A stretch of DNA of 64,000 nt, from positions 22,806 to 86,805 of the forward strand of contig JBHLLG010000007.1 of the NCBI GenBank assembly GCA_048885925.1, in the 5' to 3' direction. Each line of letters opens with the position of its first letter. Within the stretch, counting starts at the first letter, position 1. This DNA comes from Candidatus Hermodarchaeota archaeon. Its GTDB lineage: Archaea; Asgardarchaeota; Lokiarchaeia; Sigyniarchaeales; SOKP01. This document shows, piece by piece, positions 49,825 through 60,993 of this stretch. Below the pieces are notes generated by a model. The model searched no databases, had not been told where the DNA came from, and worked only from the letters and a program-made list of their open reading frames with translations. A program made the translations under genes and the position numbers.

Positions 49825-50877
49825 ATGAGTGAGAAAAATGAGAACTTAAAAGTTATACGATTAGCTCATGGAGCTGGTGGAGTTCTACAAGAAGAATTAA
49901 TAGAATTCATAACTAAAGATATTCCCTTTAAAAATATTAATAATGGTATTGGTGTTGAGGAATTAGATGATGGTGCTACAATTCCATTAAAAGATTATGA
50001 CAAAGAGATTGTTATTACCGCTGATGGGCATACTATTTATCCAATTTTTTTCCCTGGTGGTGATTTAGGAACATTGAGTATATGTGGAACTGTCAATGAT
50101 CTTATAATGATGGGTGCTGATCCATTAGCTTTAACATCAATGATAATAATAGAAGAAGGATTTGAATTCAAAAAGTTAGAAAAAATTGTTCATTCAATGA
50201 ATACAATGGCACAAAAGGCAAATTTAGCCATAATTGCGGGGGATACTAAAATAATGCCCCGGGGAACCTTAAATGAAATAATTATAGCAACTTCCGGTAT
50301 TGGAATAAAAGATAAAAATATAAAAGTTTTAGATAATAATCTGAAAGTTGGAGATCATATTATTTTAACTGGTACTATAGGAGATCATGGAACAGCATTG
50401 ATGGCTTCCCGAGAAGGTTTAAATATATCAACAGATTTAAAATCGGATATCTCGTTATTACTTGAGATCTATGAAGCAATTAAACCTGAAATTAAAGGTA
50501 ATTATATCCATGCGATGAAAGATCCTACACGTGGAGGAATAGCTGCTGCTTTAAATAATTGGGCTGAAAAATCAAATATTAGTATCTGGATTGAAGAAGA
50601 AAAAGTTCCAATTAAAAAACAAGTAATTGCTATATGTGATATGTTAGGTTTAGATCCTTATAACATTGCAAGCGAGGGGAGGGCTCTCTTATCGGTAGAT
50701 CCAATCCATTCTCAAAATATATTAGATAAAATAAAATCAACTCAGATTGGAAAAGAAGCAGAAATAATTGGTGAAGTAAAAGCTGATAACCCTAAGCGAG
50801 TATTCTTAAGAACAATAGTTGGTGGCACTCGATTTATTGATATGCCTTTAGGTGAACCAATTCCTCGAATTTGCTAA
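49825..50877 (+). CDS. hypE: Hydrogenase maturation protein HypE
   Basis: AHGAGG, FFPGGDLG, MKDPTRGG, C-terminal PRIC; ATG at 49825 preferred as start. Confidence 0.95.
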   Translation: MSEKNENLKVIRLAHGAGGVLQEELIEFITKDIPFKNINNGIGVEELDDGATIPLKDYDKEIVITADGHTIYPIFFPGGDLGTLSICGTVNDLIMMGADPLALTSMIIIEEGFEFKKLEKIVHSMNTMAQKANLAIIAGDTKIMPRGTLNEIIIATSGIGIKDKNIKVLDNNLKVGDHIILTGTIGDHGTALMASREGLNISTDLKSDISLLLEIYEAIKPEIKGNYIHAMKDPTRGGIAAALNNWAEKSNISIWIEEEKVPIKKQVIAICDMLGLDPYNIASEGRALLSVDPIHSQNILDKIKSTQIGKEAEIIGEVKADNPKRVFLRTIVGGTRFIDMPLGEPIPRIC

Positions 50878-50888
50878 CAGGTGAGAAT

Positions 50889-51992
50889 ATGAATATTCCT
50901 AGTTTGGATGTTTTAAGAACCAAAGAATTTACCAATAAAATTATTAGGGCAATTAAAAAAATCGTAAAAGAAATAGGTAAATCAGTTAAGTTGATGCATG
51001 TTTGTGGTACTCATGAACATACAATTTCAAAATATGGTCTAAGAACATTATTACCTAAAGATATCGAAATATTATCAGGCCCAGGGTGCCCCGTATGTAT
51101 ATGCCCAGCAGCAGATATTGATAAAGCAGTGGAACTTGGAAAAAGAAATGATATGATTATAACAACTTTTGGGGATATGGTACGTGTTCCTGCCACAAAT
51201 ATTTCATTAGCTGAATTAAAAGCTAAAGGTGCTGATGTTCGCATAGTATATAGCCCTCACGATGCCGTTAAAATTGCTAAAGAAAATTCAAATAAAGAAA
51301 TAATTTTTTTTGCTATAGGTTTTGAAACCACGGCTCCCCTAATTGGATATGAAATACAGTCCGGTCCTCCTTCAAATTTTTCAGTAATTTGTGCTCATAA
51401 GTTAATTCCAGCAGCTTTAGAATTGTTAATGAGTCAATCCCAATTAAAAATTGATGGTTTTATATCACCAGGTCATGTATCAACAATTATAGGCTTAAAA
51501 CCATACGAAATTTTCTCTCAAGGATATAGAATACCTAATGTAATATCCGGCTTTGAGCCCAATGATGTATTACTTTCAATCTTAATGCTTTTAAAGCAGA
51601 TTAGAGATAAAAAATATGATACGATTAATGAATATTCTAGAGTTGTAAAACCTGAAGGTAATTTAATTGCTCAAAAAATTATTGAAGACATATTTAAGCC
51701 AGTTTCATCTCCTTGGAGGGGCATAGGTCGAGTTTATGATGGAGGATTAGTAATTAGGGATAAATATGAACAGTTTGACGCTGATAAAAAGTATAATATA
51801 AAAATTAAAAAATCTCAAGACATCCCGCCTGGATGTGTATGCCATTTAATCATGGTTGGAAAACTCTATCCATATGAATGTAAGTTATTTAGAGAAGAAT
51901 GTACACCAATGAACCCAATTGGACCATGTATGGTTTCTCAAGAAGGAACTTGTAGTATTTATTTTAAATATCATTTGGAAGGGGATTATTAA
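50889..51992 (+). CDS. hypD: Hydrogenase maturation protein HypD
   Basis: MHVCGTHE, GPGCPVC, GFETT, PGHVS, GPCMVSQEGTC. Confidence 0.95.
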   Translation: MNIPSLDVLRTKEFTNKIIRAIKKIVKEIGKSVKLMHVCGTHEHTISKYGLRTLLPKDIEILSGPGCPVCICPAADIDKAVELGKRNDMIITTFGDMVRVPATNISLAELKAKGADVRIVYSPHDAVKIAKENSNKEIIFFAIGFETTAPLIGYEIQSGPPSNFSVICAHKLIPAALELLMSQSQLKIDGFISPGHVSTIIGLKPYEIFSQGYRIPNVISGFEPNDVLLSILMLLKQIRDKKYDTINEYSRVVKPEGNLIAQKIIEDIFKPVSSPWRGIGRVYDGGLVIRDKYEQFDADKKYNIKIKKSQDIPPGCVCHLIMVGKLYPYECKLFREECTPMNPIGPCMVSQEGTCSIYFKYHLEGDY

Positions 51993-52861
51993 AAACACCA
52001 AGGAAAGCATTCATCATATTGCTTCATGTCCCACGAATCAGTAGAAGGAAAATTGCATCGATATCCCGCCTTAAAATTTTTCTTATAGTATGTTTTTACA
52101 TGGTTCCCATTAATTATTTTATCATAATCTACTCTGGTTAACCTTTGAGAGATTTGATTTTCCTTAGAAAATTTAGTACTATATTCAATACTACATTTCC
52201 AAAAATTAGTATTTTCTTTCATGAATTGTACCTCATCTCCCCTATCGTCATCAATCCATGAGACAAAACAGATATCTTCTTTTCCTTCCAATGAATTTTT
52301 TAAATATTTTAATCTTGATTCGAAACCGCCTTCGCTTGAAACCCAATGGCCGTTCCAATAACTTGTAAGAACTATAATTACTCTTCCCTTTAAATCCTTC
52401 AAAATAGGCCATTTAGAATCATTTCTCGTAAAATTTTTATAAGTATATAATTTATCCGAAGAGAATGATTTCAAAATTATTTCATTAAGTTTTTTAATTC
52501 CATAATCTTCATCTGGTTTATTCTCTAAATCAATTAAATTATCTTTCAATTCTATAAAAAGAGTTATAGGAGCATGATCACCTTTTTGTTCATTAGACCA
52601 ATCATTAATAACTTTAAGCCAATTTGAAAAAAATAAATCACTAGGATTCCCATCAATATTAAGAGCCGTATCATAGCTACTTTTTAAGTGATAAACTTCG
52701 AAATCACCGTTCTCATATAATTTATCACTATATATATCATATTCAAGCCCCCTTAATCCAAAGTTAAGTTGTTTTTTGATAGATTTTTCATAGGAATTAT
52801 GACTTGTTTTAAAGAATGCTTCATGGTATGGGGTATCCCATTTTAGATTAAAATCTTCCAT
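51989..52861 (-). CDS. PI-PLC-like phosphodiesterase
   Basis: SHNSY, GLRGLEYDI, VYH, HAPITLFIELKD, WP.L.DLKGRVI. Confidence 0.7.
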   Translation of the reverse strand: MEDFNLKWDTPYHEAFFKTSHNSYEKSIKKQLNFGLRGLEYDIYSDKLYENGDFEVYHLKSSYDTALNIDGNPSDLFFSNWLKVINDWSNEQKGDHAPITLFIELKDNLIDLENKPDEDYGIKKLNEIILKSFSSDKLYTYKNFTRNDSKWPILKDLKGRVIIVLTSYWNGHWVSSEGGFESRLKYLKNSLEGKEDICFVSWIDDDRGDEVQFMKENTNFWKCSIEYSTKFSKENQISQRLTRVDYDKIINGNHVKTYYKKNFKAGYRCNFPSTDSWDMKQYDECFPWCF

Positions 52862-53013
52862 TTTTTGAGCTCTTTTTAAATTTTATTCTAATAATAACTA
52901 CAAGTATTAGTACTAGGATTTTATTTTTTTTGCTAATAAAACATTAATTTTTTTTTGCTAGTTAATTATTAAATCTAACAAATTGGAATAAAAGATAAGA
53001 CAAGATTTTTCTC

Positions 53014-55404
53014 TTGAATAATAAAAAAACATTTGAAATTAATATTTCTGGAATTGTACAAGGAGTAGGCTTTAGACCATTTCTATTTAATTTAGCAAAA
53101 AATTTTGGACTAAAAGGATATCTCCTTAATCGCGGTAATGCAGGTGTCAGATTAGTATTACAAGGAAATACAAAAAATATTGATCAATTCATCATTGATT
53201 TGAAAAAGAAAAAGCCAAGTATATCTTTTATAGAAAATATTGAAATTAAAAAATTAAATATTGAAGAGAATTATCTAAGCCTTGAAATCAAAAATAGTGA
53301 ATATGGAAGAGGTATTAGTTTAACATTACCTCCAGATATATCGATTTGTGATCAATGTCTAGATGATATGAGAAATTCCCATTTAGAAAGATATTTTCAA
53401 TATCCTTTTATTGCATGTGCAGAGTGTGGTCCAAGGTTCACTACAGTATCTAAACTACCATATGATAGAATAAGAACAACTATGAATGAGTTCCCTTTAT
53501 GCAATAGTTGTATGAAGGAATATTCTAATTTTGATAATCGGCGATTTCATGCTCAAACGTTTGCTTGTTCTCAATGTGGTCCAAATTATGTACTTTATGA
53601 TAAAAATAAGGTGATTATTCAGAAGGATTCAATAATTGGCTATATAATTGAAACTGCGAAAAGAATTAATTCCGGTGAAGTTGCTGCAGTTAAGGGTATC
53701 GGTGGAGTTCATCTCGTTTGCCGAGCAGATGATGACGATATAGTTAAGAATCTTCGCAACCGTAAAGGAGGAAGAAAATTTAAACCATTTGCATTAATGA
53801 TTCCAAATTTAGAAGTTATAGAAAATAATTTCAAGATTTCTCAGAAAGAAAAAGAAATATTAACATCTTATAGACGACCTATTGTTCTTCTAGAAAGAAA
53901 AAGTAATCTCAATTCAGAAAAAATAAGTAATTTAATCGCTCCTGGACTAAATAATGTTGGAGTTATGCTACCTTATACAGGAATACATCATCTTCTTTTT
54001 AATTATATTGGAGATAAACCCCTTATTTACACAAGTGGAAATAGATCAAATGTTCCAATGGCCATAGAGAATGAAATAATTTTTGAACAATTAAAAGATT
54101 TAGCGGACATTTTTTTACTTCATAATAGGTCAATTTATCAAAGAATTGATGATAGTGTATTAAGAATCCATAATAATAGAATCAAATTAATACGAAGATC
54201 AAGAGGATATGTACCAGAATATTTACCACTTCCATTTAAGGTGGATTTACCTGGAGCCATTTCAACAGGACCTCTATTAACAACTACAGGAGCAATTCTA
54301 AGAAGAAATCGAATATTTCCAACGCAACATATAGGGAATATAACAAATTTGGAAACATATGAATTTTTAAAAGATGCTATCTTTCATATGAAAAATCTTC
54401 TACTAATAGAGGATTCTGAAATTTCCTTTATAGCTACTGATGCTCATCCAACATTTATTAGCACAAAATTAGGAAAAGATCTTTCTGGAATTTACAATTG
54501 CAAAATGTATCAAATTCAACACCATTTTGCTCATATCTTAGGATTAATGGCTGAAAATAAAATTGGAAAAGAAGAAGCTGTAGTTGGAATCAGTACGGAT
54601 GGAGTTGGTTATGGTGATGATGGTAATGTCTGGGGTGGAGAAATATTATTAGTCTCTTATAATGATTATAAACGTCTTAGTCATTTAGAATATCAACCAA
54701 TGATTGGAGGGGATCGTTGTACAAAATATCCCGCTCGAATGTTTATTTCTATTATTTTAAAGTCTTTGGGAGTTGAAGAGGCTTCAAAAATCCTCAAAAA
54801 TTATAATTTAGAGAAAGATTTAGAATATGGAAAGGTTGAATTAAATACAATTATTTCCCAATTTGAAAGAACTAAAAATCAATTACCTTCTGAAAATACT
54901 CCATTAACAAGTTCTACTGGTAGAATTTTCGATACAGTTTCTTATATGTTGGGAGTGTCAAATCTTAAAACATATAGGGGTGAACCTGCAATGAGACTTG
55001 AAGGATTAGCTTCTCAAGGAAATCCAAATAACGTACCATTATCAATAACCTCTTTTAAAAAAGATGGGATCTACATAATTGATACGTCCCAGTTAATTCT
55101 TGACATTTTATCTTTATTAAAAAGAAATAAAAATAAAAAAGCAGATATTGCTGCAAAGTTTCAAGTTGAACTGGCTAATATTTTTGCAGAAATAGCATTG
55201 AGCATCGCTAGAGAAAATGATATTACAAAAATTGGTTTAAGTGGAGGAGTTGCATATAATTATTCCTTTTCAAATGCGATTAAAATAAAAGTAAATCAAG
55301 CGGGATTTACATTTCTTGAACATGAATTTGTGCCTCCTGGTGATGCAGGTATAAGTATTGGTCAATTAATTGGAGGTTTATTTAAATTTCTAAATGAATT
55401 TTAA
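53014..55404 (+). CDS. hypF: Carbamoyltransferase HypF
   Basis: GIVQGVGFRPF, two Zn-finger CxxC pairs, QHHFAH, DGVGYG, PPGDAGISIGQ. Confidence 0.95.
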   Translation: MNNKKTFEINISGIVQGVGFRPFLFNLAKNFGLKGYLLNRGNAGVRLVLQGNTKNIDQFIIDLKKKKPSISFIENIEIKKLNIEENYLSLEIKNSEYGRGISLTLPPDISICDQCLDDMRNSHLERYFQYPFIACAECGPRFTTVSKLPYDRIRTTMNEFPLCNSCMKEYSNFDNRRFHAQTFACSQCGPNYVLYDKNKVIIQKDSIIGYIIETAKRINSGEVAAVKGIGGVHLVCRADDDDIVKNLRNRKGGRKFKPFALMIPNLEVIENNFKISQKEKEILTSYRRPIVLLERKSNLNSEKISNLIAPGLNNVGVMLPYTGIHHLLFNYIGDKPLIYTSGNRSNVPMAIENEIIFEQLKDLADIFLLHNRSIYQRIDDSVLRIHNNRIKLIRRSRGYVPEYLPLPFKVDLPGAISTGPLLTTTGAILRRNRIFPTQHIGNITNLETYEFLKDAIFHMKNLLLIEDSEISFIATDAHPTFISTKLGKDLSGIYNCKMYQIQHHFAHILGLMAENKIGKEEAVVGISTDGVGYGDDGNVWGGEILLVSYNDYKRLSHLEYQPMIGGDRCTKYPARMFISIILKSLGVEEASKILKNYNLEKDLEYGKVELNTIISQFERTKNQLPSENTPLTSSTGRIFDTVSYMLGVSNLKTYRGEPAMRLEGLASQGNPNNVPLSITSFKKDGIYIIDTSQLILDILSLLKRNKNKKADIAAKFQVELANIFAEIALSIARENDITKIGLSGGVAYNYSFSNAIKIKVNQAGFTFLEHEFVPPGDAGISIGQLIGGLFKFLNEF

Positions 55405-55554
55405 TTTTTATTTTAAAAGCTAGAGTACTTTTGTTGAAAATATTTACAAGTCAGTAATTTATTGATTTGTTGATAATAATAGCTTATTAATTAACAATAT
55501 TATTCAGTTTAAATAATAATATTTTAAAAAAAAAACTAATTTTTTGTTATAATT

Positions 55555-56961
55555 ATGGGTGGTCTCTTCGGAGTTTTCTCAAAGGAAAAGGATTGTTTAA
55601 AGGATCTTTATTATGGAACAGATTATCATTCTCATTTAGGAACTAGAAGAGGTGGATTAGCTGTAAAGAATGCGGGGGGATTTCAACGCTATATTAAAGA
55701 TATTACCACATCTCAATTCAGGTCAAAATTCGAGAAAGATATTAAAAAAATGCATGGAAATAAGGGTATTGGTGTGATAAGTGATTATGATGATCAACCT
55801 CTGATAATTAATTCACACTTAGGTGTATTTGCATTAACTACTGTTGGAAGAATTAACAATTTAGAAGATTTAGCTATGGAGGCTCTTAAAAACGGAAATC
55901 ACTTTTCAGAAATGCATGGAGGGGATATAAATCCTACAGAAATGATAGCAACTATTATCTGTCAAGGTTCGACATTTGAAGAAGGAATTCAGAAAGTTCA
56001 AGATATAATTGATGGTTCATGTACCATGCTGATCTTAACAGAAGAGGGTATTTATGCTGCCAGAGATAAATATGGAAGAACACCTCTCATTATAGGAAAA
56101 AAACCTAATTCTTATGCCGTAACGATGGAAACATGTGCATTTCCAAATCTTGGATATGAAATAATTAAATATCTGGGACCCGCTGAAGTAATTTTTATTA
56201 AAGAAAATGGTCTTGAGCAGAAAATTGCACCTAGTAATCGAATGCAGATATGTGGTTTCTTATGGGTATATTATGGATATCCTGCATCTAATTATGAAGG
56301 TATAAACGTTGAAACTGTACGTTACAAATGTGGTTCTTATTTAGCAAAAAATGATGATGTCAAAATAGATCTTATAGCAGGTATACCAGATTCAGGAACA
56401 GGACATGGTTTAGGTTATGCAAGTGAAGCAAAAATCCCATTTTCACGACCATTTGTAAAATACACTCCAACATGGCCTCGGAGTTTTATGCCTCAAGATC
56501 AATCCGTTAGAGATGAAGTCGCGAAGATGAAACTCATTCCTATAAAAGAACTAATCAAGGATAAATGTTTGCTTTTCTGTGAAGATTCTATAGTAAGAGG
56601 AACACAATTAAGAAAAACGATTCGAAGATTATATGATTTTGGAGCGAAAGAAGTTCATATGCGACCTGCTTGCCCTCCATTAGTTTATAGTTGCAAATTT
56701 CTTAATTTTTCTCGTTCTCGTTCTGAATTAGATTTAGCAGGACGATGGGCGATTAAAGAATTAGAAGGAAATAATATTGACGATCCTATTGAATATACTA
56801 ATCCTGATTCCGAAAAATTCAAAATGATGGTTGAAGTAATACGAAAAAAATTACATTTAACCTCTTTAAAATATCAGAGACTTGAAAGTTTAGTTAAAGC
56901 CATTGGGTTACCGAAGGAAAAAATATGTACTTATTGTTGGGATGGCACTCAAATGACTTAA
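55555..56961 (+). CDS. purF: Amidophosphoribosyltransferase, variant lacking the N-terminal catalytic Cys
   Basis: Starts MGGLFG; GIPDSG, EDSIVRGT, CPP, CTYCW. Confidence 0.85.
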   Translation: MGGLFGVFSKEKDCLKDLYYGTDYHSHLGTRRGGLAVKNAGGFQRYIKDITTSQFRSKFEKDIKKMHGNKGIGVISDYDDQPLIINSHLGVFALTTVGRINNLEDLAMEALKNGNHFSEMHGGDINPTEMIATIICQGSTFEEGIQKVQDIIDGSCTMLILTEEGIYAARDKYGRTPLIIGKKPNSYAVTMETCAFPNLGYEIIKYLGPAEVIFIKENGLEQKIAPSNRMQICGFLWVYYGYPASNYEGINVETVRYKCGSYLAKNDDVKIDLIAGIPDSGTGHGLGYASEAKIPFSRPFVKYTPTWPRSFMPQDQSVRDEVAKMKLIPIKELIKDKCLLFCEDSIVRGTQLRKTIRRLYDFGAKEVHMRPACPPLVYSCKFLNFSRSRSELDLAGRWAIKELEGNNIDDPIEYTNPDSEKFKMMVEVIRKKLHLTSLKYQRLESLVKAIGLPKEKICTYCWDGTQMT

Positions 56962-56967
56962 AATCAA

Positions 56968-58491
56968 TTAGATTCTGCTCTTAACTATTGATTTTTCCAA
57001 TTCAGCTAACTTTTTCACTGATTTTAATTGATATTCACCGGTTAAACATGCTAAGCATAGCTGGTTTTCATTCTTTTTAAGAGCGGTTATTAAATCTTCA
57101 ACGCGTTGATACAATAAAGTATCAGCTCCTACTTTTTTTCTAATCTCTTCTAAATAATTTTCACCATATATATTTTGAAATCTTCCAGCAATTAATTCAT
57201 CTTTTGTGGGAAAATCTATTCCCATATAACATGGACTGATGATAGGTGGGCAACTAACACGTAAATGAACGCGCTTAGCTCCACCTCTTTCTTTTAATAA
57301 TGACACAATTTGTTGAGTAGTAGTTCCACGTACAATAGAATCATCTAACAATATAACATCTTTTCCTTCAACACTACTTTTAATTGGATTCAATTTTTCT
57401 TTGACAGCTGCTTTACGGCGATCTTGACCAGGAATGATAAAAGTTCTCCAAATGTAGCGGTTTTTCATTAAGCCTTCTACATATGGCAATCCTGCCTCAT
57501 TTGCATAACCTACAGCTACACTTCTTCCTGAATCTGGCACTGGTACTATTATTGCATTTTCTTTTATCTCAGGATCTTTTAAAATAGGATCTTTCTTAGC
57601 TAAATTCATGCCAAGCCTTAATCTTGCTTCCGCGACAGATACGCCATCAATAATCGAATCAGGGCGTGAAAAATATACAAATTCAAATTGGCATAGAGCG
57701 GATCTATTAGATTTAATTAGCATTTCAGAATGAATATCCTTTTGATGGCTCAAATGAACAATTTCTCCAGGTTTAACATCTCTTAAGAAATTGCCACCAA
57801 CAGCATCAATCGCACATGATTCTGATGATACAAAATAAAGATTTCTTTCTTCTGATTTTAACTCCCCAATACATAAAGGTTTAAATCCTAAAGGATCCCT
57901 CATAGCATAAATATCGCCATCAGCAGTCATTAAAATTAATGAATAGGAGCCATCTAATAATTTACTTGCTAGCTTTAATACTTCTGGCCAATCTTCAGTA
58001 CCTAATGCAATAGATCCTATTAATTGTGCGATTACTTCTGTATCAGTATCAGTAATAAAAACACGACCCATATCATCCATATTTCTCTTAACTTCGTCGA
58101 AATTAGCAATGGTTCCATTAAATGCCATGGAAAATTCAACTTCATTGTTTTTAAAGTGAAATGGTTGAATATAATTAGAAGACTTATATCCAATAGCACC
58201 AGTAGTGGCGTATCTATTATGTCCAATACCTACATTGCCCCAATATTGTGATATAATTTCATTTTTTAATACTTTTGATACTAATCCACTTTTTTTATAT
58301 GTAAATATTTTTCCTCCAGTCTTTAAAAGTGAGATCCCCGTAGATTCTTGTCCCCGATGTTGTAATGCAATTAATCCTTGATATAAAAGTTTTGAAACAG
58401 AAAAACCTAAATCATCACATGTAACACCAAAAATAGCGCAATTTTCGCGAGGTTTTTCTCTCATTTTTTTGTTTATTTTTTGTCTGAACAT
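56968..58491 (-). CDS. purF: Amidophosphoribosyltransferase (propeptide plus Cys nucleophile, Fe-S type)
   Basis: ENCAIFG, LQHRGQES, GHNRYATTG, DDSIVRGTT, CLACLTG. Confidence 0.93.
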   Translation of the reverse strand: MFRQKINKKMREKPRENCAIFGVTCDDLGFSVSKLLYQGLIALQHRGQESTGISLLKTGGKIFTYKKSGLVSKVLKNEIISQYWGNVGIGHNRYATTGAIGYKSSNYIQPFHFKNNEVEFSMAFNGTIANFDEVKRNMDDMGRVFITDTDTEVIAQLIGSIALGTEDWPEVLKLASKLLDGSYSLILMTADGDIYAMRDPLGFKPLCIGELKSEERNLYFVSSESCAIDAVGGNFLRDVKPGEIVHLSHQKDIHSEMLIKSNRSALCQFEFVYFSRPDSIIDGVSVAEARLRLGMNLAKKDPILKDPEIKENAIIVPVPDSGRSVAVGYANEAGLPYVEGLMKNRYIWRTFIIPGQDRRKAAVKEKLNPIKSSVEGKDVILLDDSIVRGTTTQQIVSLLKERGGAKRVHLRVSCPPIISPCYMGIDFPTKDELIAGRFQNIYGENYLEEIRKKVGADTLLYQRVEDLITALKKNENQLCLACLTGEYQLKSVKKLAELEKSIVKSRI

Positions 58492-58599
58492 AATTTTGTT
58501 TTATTTGGGAGAATCAGTTTAATTATCTTCAATTAATTTAAATCATATATACTTTTTATTTATTAGTTTAATAGAATATTAAATATTTCTATAAAATAA

Positions 58600-59268
58600 G
58601 TGTCTAAAATAAGCAATAATTCAAAATATCTTGCTATAACTATTTTAATAGGTGGAAAAAGTACTCGCTTTGGAAATGATAAGGGTCTTTTTGAGTTGAA
58701 TGGTAAGCCATTAATTTCATATCAACTTGAAACTTTGAGTCAAGGCAATTTTGATATTTTTTTAGTTGCTCATTCTACTAAACAAGTTCAAAATTACATT
58801 AATAATATTGAAATCAATAAAATTTTAGCTTTTGTTATTGATGAATTTGGTATTCTATTTGATTCAACACTTAGAACTCCGTTATTAGGCTTATATTCTG
58901 GATTTAGAGAATTAAATAAATTGGGATATGAAAAATCATTTGTTATACCATGTGATTTGCCGCTTATTCAATTTAATGTTGTAAAATTTATGATTGAACA
59001 ATCCTATGGTTTTGATTGTTGTATTCCATGTTGGAAAAATGGCCTTTTAGAACCTCTTTTTACGGTCTATCCCATAGAAGAGACAATAACTTCTGCTGAA
59101 GAGAATTTTAATAAAAAAGACTATAAATTAGTACATTTATTGAAAGATAAATGGAAAATTAATTACATCTCAATTGAGAAATCAATTATACCATTAGATA
59201 AAGATTTAATTTCATTTATTAATGTAAATGAACAATCAGATTTAGAAAAAATTCAAAAAAAAAAATAA
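58600..59268 (+). CDS. mobA: Molybdenum cofactor guanylyltransferase
   Basis: LIGGKSTRFGNDK, PCDLP, EPL, FINVN..SDL. Confidence 0.88.
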   Translation: MSKISNNSKYLAITILIGGKSTRFGNDKGLFELNGKPLISYQLETLSQGNFDIFLVAHSTKQVQNYINNIEINKILAFVIDEFGILFDSTLRTPLLGLYSGFRELNKLGYEKSFVIPCDLPLIQFNVVKFMIEQSYGFDCCIPCWKNGLLEPLFTVYPIEETITSAEENFNKKDYKLVHLLKDKWKINYISIEKSIIPLDKDLISFINVNEQSDLEKIQKKK

Positions 59269-59300
59269 TTTTAAAAAAATAATTTAACAATTTTTTTAGA

Positions 59301-59795
59301 TTAGAAGCCTTCAGGACCCATAATTCCACCGATTAAACCCAAAACTCCACCACCAGCAAGAAGAATTGAACCAAGTGATATTGAGCCAAAACCAAGTGGT
59401 ATATCAAACGGTATTATTCCTTCAACTAATGGATCGGCTAAAAAGAATAATAAAGAAAGTCCAAGATCATCACCTAAATCTAGTTCAAAACCAGGAATTA
59501 AAATTAGAAGCACAGCAAGAAAAAGAGCAAATATCGCACCAATAATAGCAAGTGCACGTACCTTAACACCTATTAGGATAAAAACTCCAGAAATTACACT
59601 AACAATGTAAACAATAGTTAAAATTATAGCTATAACATCGCCAGCTTCAAATATATCCATGAGATTAATAAAAATACCTATACCATAACCAGTGTATGTA
59701 ACAGTTAAAATCTCAAAAGAATAGAAGGAAAATAATATTGTTGCAACTAATGCTACAATTCCTCCAATGATGCATAAAATTTTTCCAGCTCCCAT
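59301..59795 (-). CDS. Gly-rich membrane protein
   Basis: About 4 TM; starts AGKIL.IIG and ends GG.LG.IGG; paralog of 60397-60924. Confidence 0.7.
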   Translation of the reverse strand: MGAGKILCIIGGIVALVATILFSFYSFEILTVTYTGYGIGIFINLMDIFEAGDVIAIILTIVYIVSVISGVFILIGVKVRALAIIGAIFALFLAVLLILIPGFELDLGDDLGLSLLFFLADPLVEGIIPFDIPLGFGSISLGSILLAGGGVLGLIGGIMGPEGF

Positions 59796-60396
59796 AAATT
59801 TCCACTTTTCTTATTTTTTTATATTTTTTTATTATAAATAGAACTTTTCACATATATAATATTAAGCAAATTTGGTAAAAAATTATTATGTGAGTAATGA
59901 TATTATGAAAATCGAATATTAATATCAAAAATATGTATATAATATAGATTGATTACTACTTTTACAGATTTTTTTCTTTAACTTATTTAAAATATTTAAT
60001 AAAGTAATTGATAATAGAAATCAATGCTGAATAATTATTTCTTTTGCCATATGTTGAATCTTGACCAAAAATTTATACTATTTTGAAAGATTTGTCAAAA
60101 AAACTACAAGTAACGAATTTATCGCCTTGTTTTTTACACTAATTTCTTGACTAATATGAATTAACTTCTAATTTTTATTGATTTTTAATATACCAATCAT
60201 GGCATCATATCTATTTTCGACGATCTATCAGATTATCTAAATATACTGCTTTAGATGCATTATATTGAAAATATGGAAAGCTTTATTAATGATTAAATTG
60301 AATTAAATATCATAAAAGGAGTTATCCATAATTATAGTTTAAAATTGGAGAATAACTTTTATATAATTTAAATTATAGAGAAAAAAGGTTATAATT

Positions 60397-60924
60397 ATGA
60401 AAGCGGGAAAAATTCTAGCAATAATTGGTGCTATAGTAGCAATAGTTAGTGTGGGTCTTAGCTTTGTCTTACCAACAATATTTGGTTGGTATAGAATAGA
60501 ATTATCTGCTATAGGAATAAGTGCTGGAATCTATTTTACTGGAATCGGATCTGTTGCTACTACAGGAGGGATCGGAGGAATCTCTGGATTTGCTACTTTA
60601 GAATTAATTGGGGGTATCTTGTTAATAATAGGTGGGATTATATGTATTGTTGGTGTTATTAAAGAATCAAAAGCTGCTGGAATTGTTGGAGGGGTTTTGA
60701 TACTTTTAGCTCCTTTGATCTTGATAATAGATCTTCTAACTGGTTTTGGTGATTTTGCTGATCTAATCCAAACATTAGGCGGTCCATCCAATGCTAGCGT
60801 ATTTTGGGGTAGTTTTACAATAACAGGACCCCCTGATGTAATTATGTCTTGGGGTATATGGATCGGTTCTTTCTTGGCATTAGGAGGAGGAGCTTTAGGT
60901 ATAATAGGGGGAGCTATAGTTTAA
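60397..60924 (+). CDS. Gly-rich membrane protein (divergently oriented paralog)
   Basis: Same terminal motifs as 59301-59795. Confidence 0.7.
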   Translation: MKAGKILAIIGAIVAIVSVGLSFVLPTIFGWYRIELSAIGISAGIYFTGIGSVATTGGIGGISGFATLELIGGILLIIGGIICIVGVIKESKAAGIVGGVLILLAPLILIIDLLTGFGDFADLIQTLGGPSNASVFWGSFTITGPPDVIMSWGIWIGSFLALGGGALGIIGGAIV

Positions 60925-60993
60925 TTTAAAAATTAACTCTTTTTTTTTTTAAGATTAATCAAAGAATCTCTTAATTAATTATCTAAATAGTGA

